A stretch of DNA of 34,700 nucleotides. Origin: Candidatus Kapaibacterium sp. (GTDB lineage Bacteria; Bacteroidota; Ignavibacteria; Kapaibacteriales; Kapaibacteriaceae). Where the stretch lies: NCBI GenBank assembly GCA_038202665.1, contig JBBRES010000003.1, positions 1-34,700 of the forward strand. Direction: 5' to 3'. A program made the position numbers and the translations under genes. Positions 24,901 to 31,450 of this stretch are shown piece by piece. Below the pieces are notes generated by a model. That model saw only the letters and a list, made by a program, of their open reading frames with translations. It ran no database searches and was not told the origin of the DNA. Within the stretch, counting starts at the first letter, position 1; every line of letters begins with the position of its first letter.

Positions 24901-25883
24901 GCAACAGTAACTTGATTCGGAGTTGGATACAGTTGAAGGTTTGAACCCACATACTGATCAACCGGAGCTTGTTGAATCTGAAGAGCACCACCGTGGTAGC
25001 GCGCCATGTTGTTGCGGAATGAGCAACCTACAAGCCATGTACGAACAGAGAACGTAGAGATAGCTCCACCGCTTCCGTTTGTTTGGCGCAAGATGTTGTC
25101 ATTTACTGCAAACTGATCTTGACGTGTTAGTTGTTGACCATTTGAATTGGCAAGGTAGATCGGTTGATTGTCAACCGTTGTGTCCTTGCGGAAATTCAAG
25201 AAGTCTACATCACGGAAGAATGCAGCGCGTGCACCTGGCAGAACGATGATGTGACCCCATTCGCGAGAGAAGTTATTCACGTCTCCTGCAACGAATGTGA
25301 TTCGTGCTGCCGATACATTAATCCTGCTACCAAGCATCGGACGGAACCAAGGGTTCAATCTGATCGCCGCTTGTTGACCGCCAAGTTCAAGACGACCGGC
25401 CTTGTACATGATGGCCTTCGCAGGCGTGAGACCCATAAGGTTCGGATCAGAACCCAGATCTACATTAAACACAATTCCGTACTTGGACGGGTGAATCGTG
25501 GGCTCCGTAGCGATCGTGGATGTTACGACGCCAGGAGCGCCGAAATAATTCACGTCGTCGTAGCCAGTATATGGCGGGAACAGTGCATTCACTGCGTTCG
25601 CATTATACGTGGCGGAAGCGCGACCATCCGCAAGAATTCGGCCACCCGTTGAGTCGATCATTCGACCGTTCGGAAGGAACTCCACGCGGGTCCCGAGCTC
25701 AATGACTAACGTACCACCGATCGTAAACGATCCTGAGATACGGTAAATCGTGTCACGTACGAATACGCGCACTTGGCCCGGAGGGAGACTACCGCGCACT
25801 TCAACGTAGTCCTGAGCATGGACCACAGAAAAGGCGGCGGTAAGCACAAGCAGCAAGCTGCTTAGACGAAACCAACGTTGCAT
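18903..25883 (-). CDS. Giant (~2326 aa) T9SS-secreted adhesin-like protein: Pmp-type beta-helix, cadherin/He_PIG Ig domains, CTD
   Basis: GGAGG RBS before ATG 25883 (MQRWFRLSS...VHA-Q). Ten GGA(I/L/V) motifs interleaved with FxxN. PTIVTESLPDALED...PAWLKID..SGLLYGTP...VTDRGG (He_PIG/cadherin-like). CTD APNPF...IYDAIG...WNG...LANGVY...VLVR. Confidence 0.88.
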   Translation of the reverse strand: MQRWFRLSSLLLVLTAAFSVVHAQDYVEVRGSLPPGQVRVFVRDTIYRISGSFTIGGTLVIELGTRVEFLPNGRMIDSTGGRILADGRASATYNANAVNALFPPYTGYDDVNYFGAPGVVTSTIATEPTIHPSKYGIVFNVDLGSDPNLMGLTPAKAIMYKAGRLELGGQQAAIRLNPWFRPMLGSRINVSAARITFVAGDVNNFSREWGHIIVLPGARAAFFRDVDFLNFRKDTTVDNQPIYLANSNGQQLTRQDQFAVNDNILRQTNGSGGAISTFSVRTWLVGCSFRNNMARYHGGALQIQQAPVDQYVGSNLQLYPTPNQVTVANLQPYAAQTNPYITSVVNAQPIQQNIPSIDNLFSSAAEPSFTDTERQSLDDARLAMYLGRIRQIRFISNRVLLANVDTVRIGNIRVVTDVATRASTRPFEDRSKKNDAFGGALYISGRSTMIVGLGINDFQGKDTVEFTGNYAENRQSTELLNGIRSNGARGGALYLDGTGTHLIVAGRYTSNKTVTPYISNTNITTPTEFVGNYSQGGAIYTSATAGQLQIRGGLDNNPSTLFSANESGRGGAVYVEASTDILPSPWIGGSDGVIVARNYGFNIKFQMNKAITEGGAIYAARNPMVYGAGGAAGPLWVYGTNYGVEFSSNTSGYSGGAIAVALPLNLSLSRRSMRFVRAHFITNSTGNIADSMKPYVRGGGGLYTVNADLNMVKGVEFRSNKSYNGNGGAIAMVTPDAFLRKRFFFTDLATPIIDATGVVVDYTVNDAVFTGLVAGPKADERMLTRFYDNMAYPNPARQGNGTTQKGANGNLLHPGTTIRENGTGLGGAIYILDSVRIRVDTVWMDRVRMQNNSAYSGAAIYSDNYDLKIALQRCLVTGNRATSPIGRNVDTVTGPLVNSENIVSSDLAGAVLYGEITGPLPWSTFSTASNSIYDNDARFIIRLPDAYDTKGVLAGTTGVGFGGVDTLRGNYWGRTEANVQTILPISANNTFQRIQESFFIAGNGKTHMRFMRTATNNPTEQGPFESTWYYQYKAIPIYSFPDTLLMEGRIYDIFDKGTDIKTADYSRRRMSPIEDFAVGIPPVLRAYMDSTQPSYLKYVKRTTRNPFDAEMYPYIAKVQTEFIGDHPIGYPLFLETRADYGQTAEISNNDRRAINETVFFVINQRTGDYIRVNMMQKTLTDTVFRARVELVPDSTNGGDPNIRRSYENLSSYGTGATLLQRIARNAAAEDSAALAGRRWDGSVVAGELGGAGFRLGNRPGLPFSNTGSDGSKETYFGGERYRALPVIAGDQVSVISRTVLWRAGVVPALDGGLTFTVGNTTTPPVFTGSADTLRNLTIPEMRNRVFVTENRLYTPKNDGKWFFEPASYPADSTGTPIAALDYTERDSIFTITAVDVNRFYDPRSVMDSTFGSYLSYDWSITDQNSALKYWLRDTLVTAGNASGVNGTKWGATGYRMLRGRPINPYIVPGGEEVRVVAKNFPPSIEIVDSLRASGISEDVISRWMYLYPSYFHAEAYDNNSIPLDQRNQSNTNARYLQQDTVDFAWMDTVSYRFHIHVVDSMPRFVWAYKPTTGGQQYTSMLTGDVTIVLDPTTTDTNSFKNGVWIDTLRMTPTVSRVGRFLIAPNAIIDERYNDPAATPTQQPDDLNVQFVANLTDSLRFMLDVNTDDEFEDNAAVDNNRAIVQKFGPWDFRYGKTAYGFMSTAIRQAPGDTTLDEVLQARPIWMASRYLRKYNASSVADPVAADFTSMGRMNVRIAADEARQILTPIGQVNGALNVDSLVTLVVNDGHGGLNYMTRRVFVNVQPTIVTESLPDALEDEDYNIQLLDSSRRIKVYDPNFGQAQDYELIYTNETRTTIAVDPYFSEAGSIALDSTRKTTPAWLKIDRVSGLLYGTPRVTDLPRTDTSINVTVLVTDRGGLRAIKTLPMTIRYHNHNPRLFSSPIIRCVDKDQAYSDTIRVADLDLLRKQSGNETLTFTVLEPTEGTWTVTPNQLKSPIADTQLVVISTDKMVATPVNGRVIIRIVVEDASGAKDTLSYAVSVSATTRFTAPVRVENNLGAFQVLVFGVGGTETATRGDENGSFGQLDSNYCEYELPPVPYLDVFDARWTIPNRNGVLRNIYPYSNTAGEAIYRARFQGGGETGQSSATYPVRVSWCRSAIPAVDAQNPGSYYIRDDISNGALFSYNMKTGNGRSAADIGHRTDGSCDTLVISRDALKGFIIVYDFTTAVNETEAPLADLAITSAAPNPFSESTMITFSTPVSQLVSVEIYDAIGTKVVTLAKSTFDAGRHMVEWNGSSNGLALANGVYTCRISDGTRSVTQQIVLVR

Positions 25884-25978
25884 ACTACCTCCAGTTGTTA
25901 AAAACATATGCTTTGCTTACTTCTTTGTTGTTCTTTTTCATTGTCATTTCTTGGTCAGACGGAAAAAACCGAAAAGGT

Positions 25979-26689
25979 CTAATCAATTGCCATGCCAAGG
26001 CGTGCAAGACCCGTTCTTGCAAAGGATGCAAATTCGGACCCATCACTGCGTTTGACTATATCTGTATAGGACTTAGCAGCTTTTTCCTTGTTGCCGGCTT
26101 TCTCATACGCAAGTCCCGCGTAGAGGAGACATCGATCTTCGAGTCCGGACTTGCCTGAAATTCCAGCAGCCCTTTCATAGAGCTCAGCCGCTCCCGCCCA
26201 ATCGCTTTCCTGCTCCTTGCAGGCTCCAAGGCCTGTAAGAGCACCCACTTGTACCAACGGTGCATCAGAGTTTTGAGCATTTTCGAACTGCTCTTTTGCC
26301 TCTGCATACTTTCCAAGGTTTACGTAGCAATTGCCAGTCATCAGCGCTGCAAGCTTCCCTGCATCCGTGCCGCCATACTGCTCCACAATGGCCTCAAGAC
26401 CCAAAACTGTCTCGCTGCCAATAGGTGCTATGCCCTTTGCCGTGAGTGCCTTCTCGAACTCGCCCTGGTCAAAGACCGTGCGGATTCTTGAGATTGCTGT
26501 GTTGGCCTCTTCGTTTTTTTCGTGTTGCGCATTGCTATACATCATGTATCCGCCAATGGCCACAACAACAACAAATGCTGCCGCAACAAGGATGTACCAC
26601 TGTTGTTGAAGACGCTGGATAAGGCTCAACGGCGCCTCGTGAGGCGCAACTGTGGCTAATCCGTGGATCTTCTCTGCTTGATTACTCAT
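25979..26689 (-). CDS. Membrane-anchored tetratricopeptide-repeat protein (YfgM-like)
   Basis: GAGGA RBS, a single N-terminal TM helix, then TPR patterns (GNCYVNLGKYAEAKEQFE, LGACKEQESDWAGAAELYERA, AGLAYEKAGNKEKAAKSY). Confidence 0.85.
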   Translation of the reverse strand: MSNQAEKIHGLATVAPHEAPLSLIQRLQQQWYILVAAAFVVVVAIGGYMMYSNAQHEKNEEANTAISRIRTVFDQGEFEKALTAKGIAPIGSETVLGLEAIVEQYGGTDAGKLAALMTGNCYVNLGKYAEAKEQFENAQNSDAPLVQVGALTGLGACKEQESDWAGAAELYERAAGISGKSGLEDRCLLYAGLAYEKAGNKEKAAKSYTDIVKRSDGSEFASFARTGLARLGMAID

Positions 26690-26709
26690 AGGTCCTCAAA
26701 ATCAAAAAC

Positions 26710-26750
26710 AATGAGGCACACGGAGCCCTGGACGCCCCGCGCGCTTCATC
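26710..26750 (-). promoter_or_regulatory. 5' leader hairpin followed by a U-rich tract upstream of the TPR gene
   Basis: GCGCGCGGGGC/GCTCCGTGTGC 11-bp stem with three G-U pairs that only form on the minus strand. It is extended by GATGA/TCATT and followed by GTTTTTGATTTT. Confidence 0.55.
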
Positions 26751-26757
26751 GAAGACG

Positions 26758-26765
26758 CAAATATA
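26758..26765 (-). promoter_or_regulatory. -7 element TATATTTG for the TPR gene (and possibly the downstream T9SS cluster)
   Basis: TAnnTTTG match 68 nt upstream of the TPR ATG, with an AT-rich region upstream. Confidence 0.6.
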
Positions 26766-26852
26766 CCCCGTCACGGTTCAAAAACAAAAATCAATTCGTA
26801 GTCCTAACCCTTAAATTTTTAGGCGGGTTAGTGCTTGTCGGCGACCTGACAG

Positions 26853-26870
26853 TGTGAAAACGTTTCCACA
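26853..26870. promoter_or_regulatory. Near-palindromic LacI/GalR-type operator candidate
   Basis: TGTGAAAACGTTTCCACA: 18 bp, one mismatched pair, central CG with an AAA-CG-TTT core. Confidence 0.4.
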
Positions 26871-26872
26871 GT

Positions 26873-28978
26873 TCAAAAGCGTGCTGTTGATCGGATTGCT
26901 CCGATCACGTCGTCTACGCTCAAGAGAGTTGCTGCCTCGAGTGACTTTGCAAAGCCTACTGGCGTATCCTTAGACCCAACTCGAACAACAGGAGCATCGA
27001 GCGAGCTAAACAGCTCTTCCGTGATGGTCGAAGCGATCTCTCCGCCAAACCCTGCGGTTTTCTTGTCTTCATGCGCCACAACGCACCTGCCGGTACGCCG
27101 TACCGATTCGAGGACCATGTCCTTGTCCCAAGGAGCCAACGAACGGAGGTCGATAACCTCTACGCTGATGCCTTCCGTGGCTAGCCGTTCGGCTGCCTGC
27201 AGAGACCAGTGCACGGCCGTTCCATAACTGACTACCGTGACGTCCGACCCTGCACGACGGATCTTTGCCTTGCCGAACGGAATGATGAAGTCGTCCGCCG
27301 GCATGCTTGCCGACGTAGGACGGTAGTTGTACAAGAACTTCGGCTCGAGGTACATCGTGATGCCCTCAGACCGAATGGCATTGCGCATGAGCCCAATAGC
27401 ATCGTCCGCAAAGGCGGGAATCACTACTCGGAGGCCAGGTAGCGTCGTAAACGTGCCCTCGAGGTTCTGAGAGTGATAGAGGCCTCCTTGTATGTAGCCG
27501 CCACTTGCAAGACGTATAACCATGTTGGGGGCGAACTGACCTCGCGTACGCCAATAGTCGTGCGTACATTCGATGAGCTGCTCCATAGCAGGCCAGAAGT
27601 AGTCTGCGAACTCAGCCCCCTCTACGACAACTCGGATGTCCTTCCGATACCGACACATTCCGTTTGCCGTACCCACGATGAAGTCTTCCGCAATTGGCGC
27701 ATTCCAAATGCGATCGTTGCCGAATTCGTCGAGAAGACCCTTGCAGACGTTGAAAATGCCCTGCTTTTTCTTCGAGGCAACGTCCTGACCAAACAAGAAT
27801 GTGTTGGGGTTACGACGGAATTCTTCGATGAGTGCCGTGTTGATTCCCTCTCGGAAAGTGAGCTGCGGCGCCGAAGGGTCGTTGACGTACTTCGATTCGC
27901 TCGTGTCCGAATAATCCACAACGGATGGCGGAACGAGAAACTCCGTGTAGGATGAACCCACCGGATCGGGAAGTGCTTCCACAACATCTGCCGCCGCAAA
28001 AACGGCGAGCTTGTTTGCCTCTTCGATGGCGAGGAGTTCCGCGTCGGTTGCAATCCCATTGGCGATCAACGTTGCGCGCATGCGCGGCAGCGGATCGCGG
28101 GACTTCATAGCCGCAAAGTCTTCCGATGGACGGTAGAGTTCATGATTGTCGGAGTTGGAATGCGATCCGATTCGGTCGCAGTCTGCATGGACCATGGCCG
28201 GACCTTTCCCCGTTACAACGTATGCACGAGCTTCTTCGAGAGCACGATACGAGGCCATGGGGTTGCGTCCGTCACATTCGATGATCTTGAGGTTCGGAAA
28301 ACCTTTGAAGTTGTCCGACACGATCTGGTTCGAGGTCTGGTCCTTCAGCGGAACAGATATGCCGTATTTGTTATTCTGGATGACAAAGATCACAGGGAGT
28401 TTCTCACGGTCCGCACCATTGACGGCCTCGTAATAGTATCCCTCAGAAGTGGTGCTTTCTCCTGTCGAGCAGTAAACGACCTCGTCACCAGCATACTTGC
28501 GGATAGACCGAGCCAGACCAACGGCCTGCTGGGAATGGTTGCCGGTACAAGAAGAACTGTTCTGCAACCCGATGGAGATCTTGGCAAAGTGGTTCGACAT
28601 GTGGCGTCCACCCCCGGCTACATCGGCGTCTTTGCTCAAACCATTTGCGATGATCTCTTCAACCGTAACGCCCGCTGCGAGCGATGTGAGCATGTCGCGA
28701 TAGTAGGGGAACAAGTAGTCCTTCCCCGGACGGAAGATCTTGCCCATTGCAAGCTGAATACCGTCGTGACCCGCAAACGGAGCGTGATACGACCATCCCT
28801 TGGCCATCTTGAGGTAGAGAGCAGCCTTCTCGTCTAGGCGCCGCCCAAGCTGCTGGGTCTTGTACCAATCCAACAGGGTGGCAGCGTCAAACCCAGTTAC
28901 ATCAAAGGTCGCAACTGTCGGTTGCGCGGTCTTGGCCGCTACGGGGGCCGGGGCTTTCGTGGTCTTCGCTTTCGACAT
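26873..28978 (-). CDS. 2-oxoacid dehydrogenase E1, fused alpha+beta subunits (probably branched-chain type)
   Basis: Alpha part: PYYRD, TPP motif GESTTSEG...VIQNN, RIGSHSNSD. Beta part: FGQDV, NAPIAE, GLYHSQ, YLEPKFLY, IDLRSLAPWD, LDAPVVRV. Start moved to ATG 28978 (GGAG RBS). Confidence 0.92.
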   Translation of the reverse strand: MSKAKTTKAPAPVAAKTAQPTVATFDVTGFDAATLLDWYKTQQLGRRLDEKAALYLKMAKGWSYHAPFAGHDGIQLAMGKIFRPGKDYLFPYYRDMLTSLAAGVTVEEIIANGLSKDADVAGGGRHMSNHFAKISIGLQNSSSCTGNHSQQAVGLARSIRKYAGDEVVYCSTGESTTSEGYYYEAVNGADREKLPVIFVIQNNKYGISVPLKDQTSNQIVSDNFKGFPNLKIIECDGRNPMASYRALEEARAYVVTGKGPAMVHADCDRIGSHSNSDNHELYRPSEDFAAMKSRDPLPRMRATLIANGIATDAELLAIEEANKLAVFAAADVVEALPDPVGSSYTEFLVPPSVVDYSDTSESKYVNDPSAPQLTFREGINTALIEEFRRNPNTFLFGQDVASKKKQGIFNVCKGLLDEFGNDRIWNAPIAEDFIVGTANGMCRYRKDIRVVVEGAEFADYFWPAMEQLIECTHDYWRTRGQFAPNMVIRLASGGYIQGGLYHSQNLEGTFTTLPGLRVVIPAFADDAIGLMRNAIRSEGITMYLEPKFLYNYRPTSASMPADDFIIPFGKAKIRRAGSDVTVVSYGTAVHWSLQAAERLATEGISVEVIDLRSLAPWDKDMVLESVRRTGRCVVAHEDKKTAGFGGEIASTITEELFSSLDAPVVRVGSKDTPVGFAKSLEAATLLSVDDVIGAIRSTARF

Positions 28979-29006
28979 CGGAATCTCCGTTTCTGTACTT
29001 CGTTCG

Positions 29007-30461
29007 TTATTCGTGTGCATCAAGCGCGCTTTGCATCAGAGCGCTCACCATCGATGGATTGGCAGTACCTCCGGAGGCCTTGAGAACCTGGCCTACGAAG
29101 AACCCCAACAGATTGGTCTTACCGTCTTTGTACTTCTGCAAATTATCTGGGTTTGTTTGAATCACCGTGCGAACCATTTCCTCAAGCGCACCTGCGTCTG
29201 AGTTCTGCGTAAGTCCATTTTTTTCAATCACGTCGGAAGCCAGCTCGCCAGATGCCAACATTTCTGGGAAAATATCCTTGGCGACCTTGTTGCTGATCTT
29301 CCCTGCTGCAACGGCTTCCACCAATGATGCGAGCTGATCGGGCGTACATCCCGTATCTCGAATCCCACATTTTCGCTCACCCATAATCCGCATGAGCTCC
29401 GTCATAATCCAGTTCGAGACCTGCTTTGCGGCTTCATGGTCTAGGCCAGGCACGGCAGCGCAGGCTTCTTCATAGTAGTCTGCCACAGACGTTTCGTCGG
29501 CAAGGATCGAGGCGTCGTACGCTGGAAGACCGTATTGAGCCATGAATCGGCGTTTTTTAGCTAATCCAAGTTCAGGGAGGGTGGCAAGGATGGCATCAAG
29601 CCACTCTTGCTCGACAACAACGTGCGTGAGGTCCGGCTCGGGGAAATACCTGTAATCATGAGCCATTTCCTTGGTGCGCATCACTCTGGTTGCTTGTGCC
29701 GCCGCATCCCACATACAGGTTACTTGACGCACCGTGCCGCCACTCTCCACGAGTTCGATCTGCCTCTGGATCTCGTAAGCAATGGCCTTTTCCACGTTTC
29801 GGAAGCTGTTCAGATTCTTGACTTCTGTTTTGGTGCCTAGATGTTTCTGACCGATCGGACGGATCGAAACGTTCGCGTCGCACCGGAGTGAGCCTTCTTC
29901 GAGATTGCCGTCGCAGATGTTCAGGTAGACCAAAATCTGACGGACATGCATCAAGTATTGATATGCTTCGTGGGCGCTTCGCAAGTCTGGTTCACTCACG
30001 ATCTCGATAAGAGGAACGCCACTCCGATTGAGGTCTACCAGTGTGTCGATGTCGAGGTCATGAATAGACTTGCCAGAGTCCTCTTCCATGTGAATGCGTG
30101 TGATACCAATGGTTTTCACACCATCGTTGGTCTCGATCTCTACGTGGCCGTCGTAGCAAATCGGATCTGCGTACTGCGAAATCTGATAGCCCTTGGGAAG
30201 ATCAGGGTAGAAATAGTTCTTTCGAGAGAACGAGGAACGTTCCCGTATGGAACAGCTTGTGGCCAAGCCCATTTTGACTGCGAAGAGGACGAGGTTTTCG
30301 TTCAGAACAGGCAGTGTACCGGGATGACCTAGGCAGATCGGACACACGTTCACATTCGGTTGCGCACCGAATGTGGTCGGACAGGCACAAAATGCCTTCG
30401 ACGCCGTCTTGAGTTGGGCGTGAATCTCGAGGCCGATAACTGCTTCGTAAGCTGAATGCAT
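29007..30461 (-). CDS. gatB: Asp-tRNA(Asn)/Glu-tRNA(Gln) amidotransferase subunit B
   Basis: VIGLEIHAQL, RKNYFYPDLPKGYQISQ, HMEEDSGK, DLNRSGVPLIEIVSEPD, EGSLRCDANVS and YRYFPEPDL. Confidence 0.98.
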   Translation of the reverse strand: MHSAYEAVIGLEIHAQLKTASKAFCACPTTFGAQPNVNVCPICLGHPGTLPVLNENLVLFAVKMGLATSCSIRERSSFSRKNYFYPDLPKGYQISQYADPICYDGHVEIETNDGVKTIGITRIHMEEDSGKSIHDLDIDTLVDLNRSGVPLIEIVSEPDLRSAHEAYQYLMHVRQILVYLNICDGNLEEGSLRCDANVSIRPIGQKHLGTKTEVKNLNSFRNVEKAIAYEIQRQIELVESGGTVRQVTCMWDAAAQATRVMRTKEMAHDYRYFPEPDLTHVVVEQEWLDAILATLPELGLAKKRRFMAQYGLPAYDASILADETSVADYYEEACAAVPGLDHEAAKQVSNWIMTELMRIMGERKCGIRDTGCTPDQLASLVEAVAAGKISNKVAKDIFPEMLASGELASDVIEKNGLTQNSDAGALEEMVRTVIQTNPDNLQKYKDGKTNLLGFFVGQVLKASGGTANPSMVSALMQSALDAHE

Positions 30462-30468
30462 AGGGCAG

Positions 30469-30476
30469 CAAAACTA
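30469..30476 (-). promoter_or_regulatory. -7 element TAGTTTTG for gatB
   Basis: TAnnTTTG match 7 nt upstream of the gatB ATG; no SD. Confidence 0.6.
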
Positions 30477-30508
30477 CGAAGGGGCTAGGGAAGTTCTTCG
30501 AGCGGAGT

Positions 30509-31450
30509 TTAGAAGTGCAGGAACCGGCGAACGTCAATGTTTCCCCCACAGAGGATCACCCCAACGCGCTTCCCACGAAGAAGATCCGGTTGTTCGAGGA
30601 GTGACCCAATCGTGACTGTTGCTGATGGTTCCACGACGAGTTTCATGTGCTCCATGACAAGATAGAGTCCTTCCAAGATGCTGGCCTCGGTGGCGGTAAT
30701 GATGCGAACACCATGATGTTGGAGGATCTCGAAGGTATGATGGCCAAGAGATGTTCGCAGACCGTCGGCTACCGTCTGTGGGTCGCCACTCTTGATGATG
30801 TGTCCTGCTGCGAGAGACCTCATCGCATCATCGGCCATTGAAGGCTCGGCACCTATGATGTCAATGTCTGGTCGGAGCGCACGCGCAACGACGGCGGTTC
30901 CACTCATCAATCCACCGCCACCAACAGGCGCCATGATCACGTCCAGATCGCCCACGTCCGTCATGAGTTCGAGTGCTGCCGTCCCTTGTCCAGCAATCAC
31001 ACGCAGATCGTTTGACGGGTGCACGATATGTGCTCCCGATTCCGCAACAATCGATGTCAGTGTTTCTTCGCGTGCAGAAAGTGTCGGTTCACAAAACACA
31101 ATGCGTGCACCTTGCCCTTCTACAGCTCGCTTTTTCACTTCAGGTACCGTGTGCGGCATCACGATTGTACAAGCTATGCCTCGCAGGGAAGCTGCATAGG
31201 CCAACGCGACTGCGTGATTACCTGAAGAATGTGTTGCGACTCCTTGGCGTGCAGACGCATCGTCGAGCGACAATACGGCGTTCACGGCACCGCGGGGCTT
31301 GAAGGCACCGAAGTGCTGCAGGTTCTCGCACTTGAAATAGAACTGGGCATTGAATCTTCGATCGAAATAGTCGGATGTCGCAATAGGAGTTCTGCGAACA
31401 TGCGGTTCGATGCGCAGAGCAGCTTCGCGTATCGTGTCGAGCGTGATCAC
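30509..31450 (-). CDS. PLP-dependent serine racemase / threonine-serine dehydratase family protein (no ACT domain)
   Basis: FKCENLQHFGAFKPRGA (PLP lysine), HSSGNHA, IAGQGT, PVGGGGLMSG, VVEPS and CGGN; GTG start. Confidence 0.9.
   Translation of the reverse strand: MITLDTIREAALRIEPHVRRTPIATSDYFDRRFNAQFYFKCENLQHFGAFKPRGAVNAVLSLDDASARQGVATHSSGNHAVALAYAASLRGIACTIVMPHTVPEVKKRAVEGQGARIVFCEPTLSAREETLTSIVAESGAHIVHPSNDLRVIAGQGTAALELMTDVGDLDVIMAPVGGGGLMSGTAVVARALRPDIDIIGAEPSMADDAMRSLAAGHIIKSGDPQTVADGLRTSLGHHTFEILQHHGVRIITATEASILEGLYLVMEHMKLVVEPSATVTIGSLLEQPDLLRGKRVGVILCGGNIDVRRFLHF

Noticed and set aside
12448-25883. Numerous 60-210 aa plus-strand ORFs within the large genes
   Set aside because: Antisense shadows expected from biased codon usage; no recognisable motifs.
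11595-25883. True cellulosome or polysaccharide utilisation locus
   Set aside because: No recognisable glycoside hydrolase, SusC/SusD pair or tandem multi-cohesin scaffoldin in the window.
18903-25883. Autotransporter (type V) or RTX/CDI toxin
   Set aside because: The C-terminus is a T9SS-type CTD rather than a beta-barrel. No GGxGxD repeats, RHS core or toxin-immunity pair are seen.
26770-26872. oriC, DnaA boxes or parS in the AT-rich intergenic region
   Set aside because: GTTTCCACA has two mismatches to TTATCCACA and there is no box cluster. The palindrome does not match parS TGTTTCACGTGAAACA.
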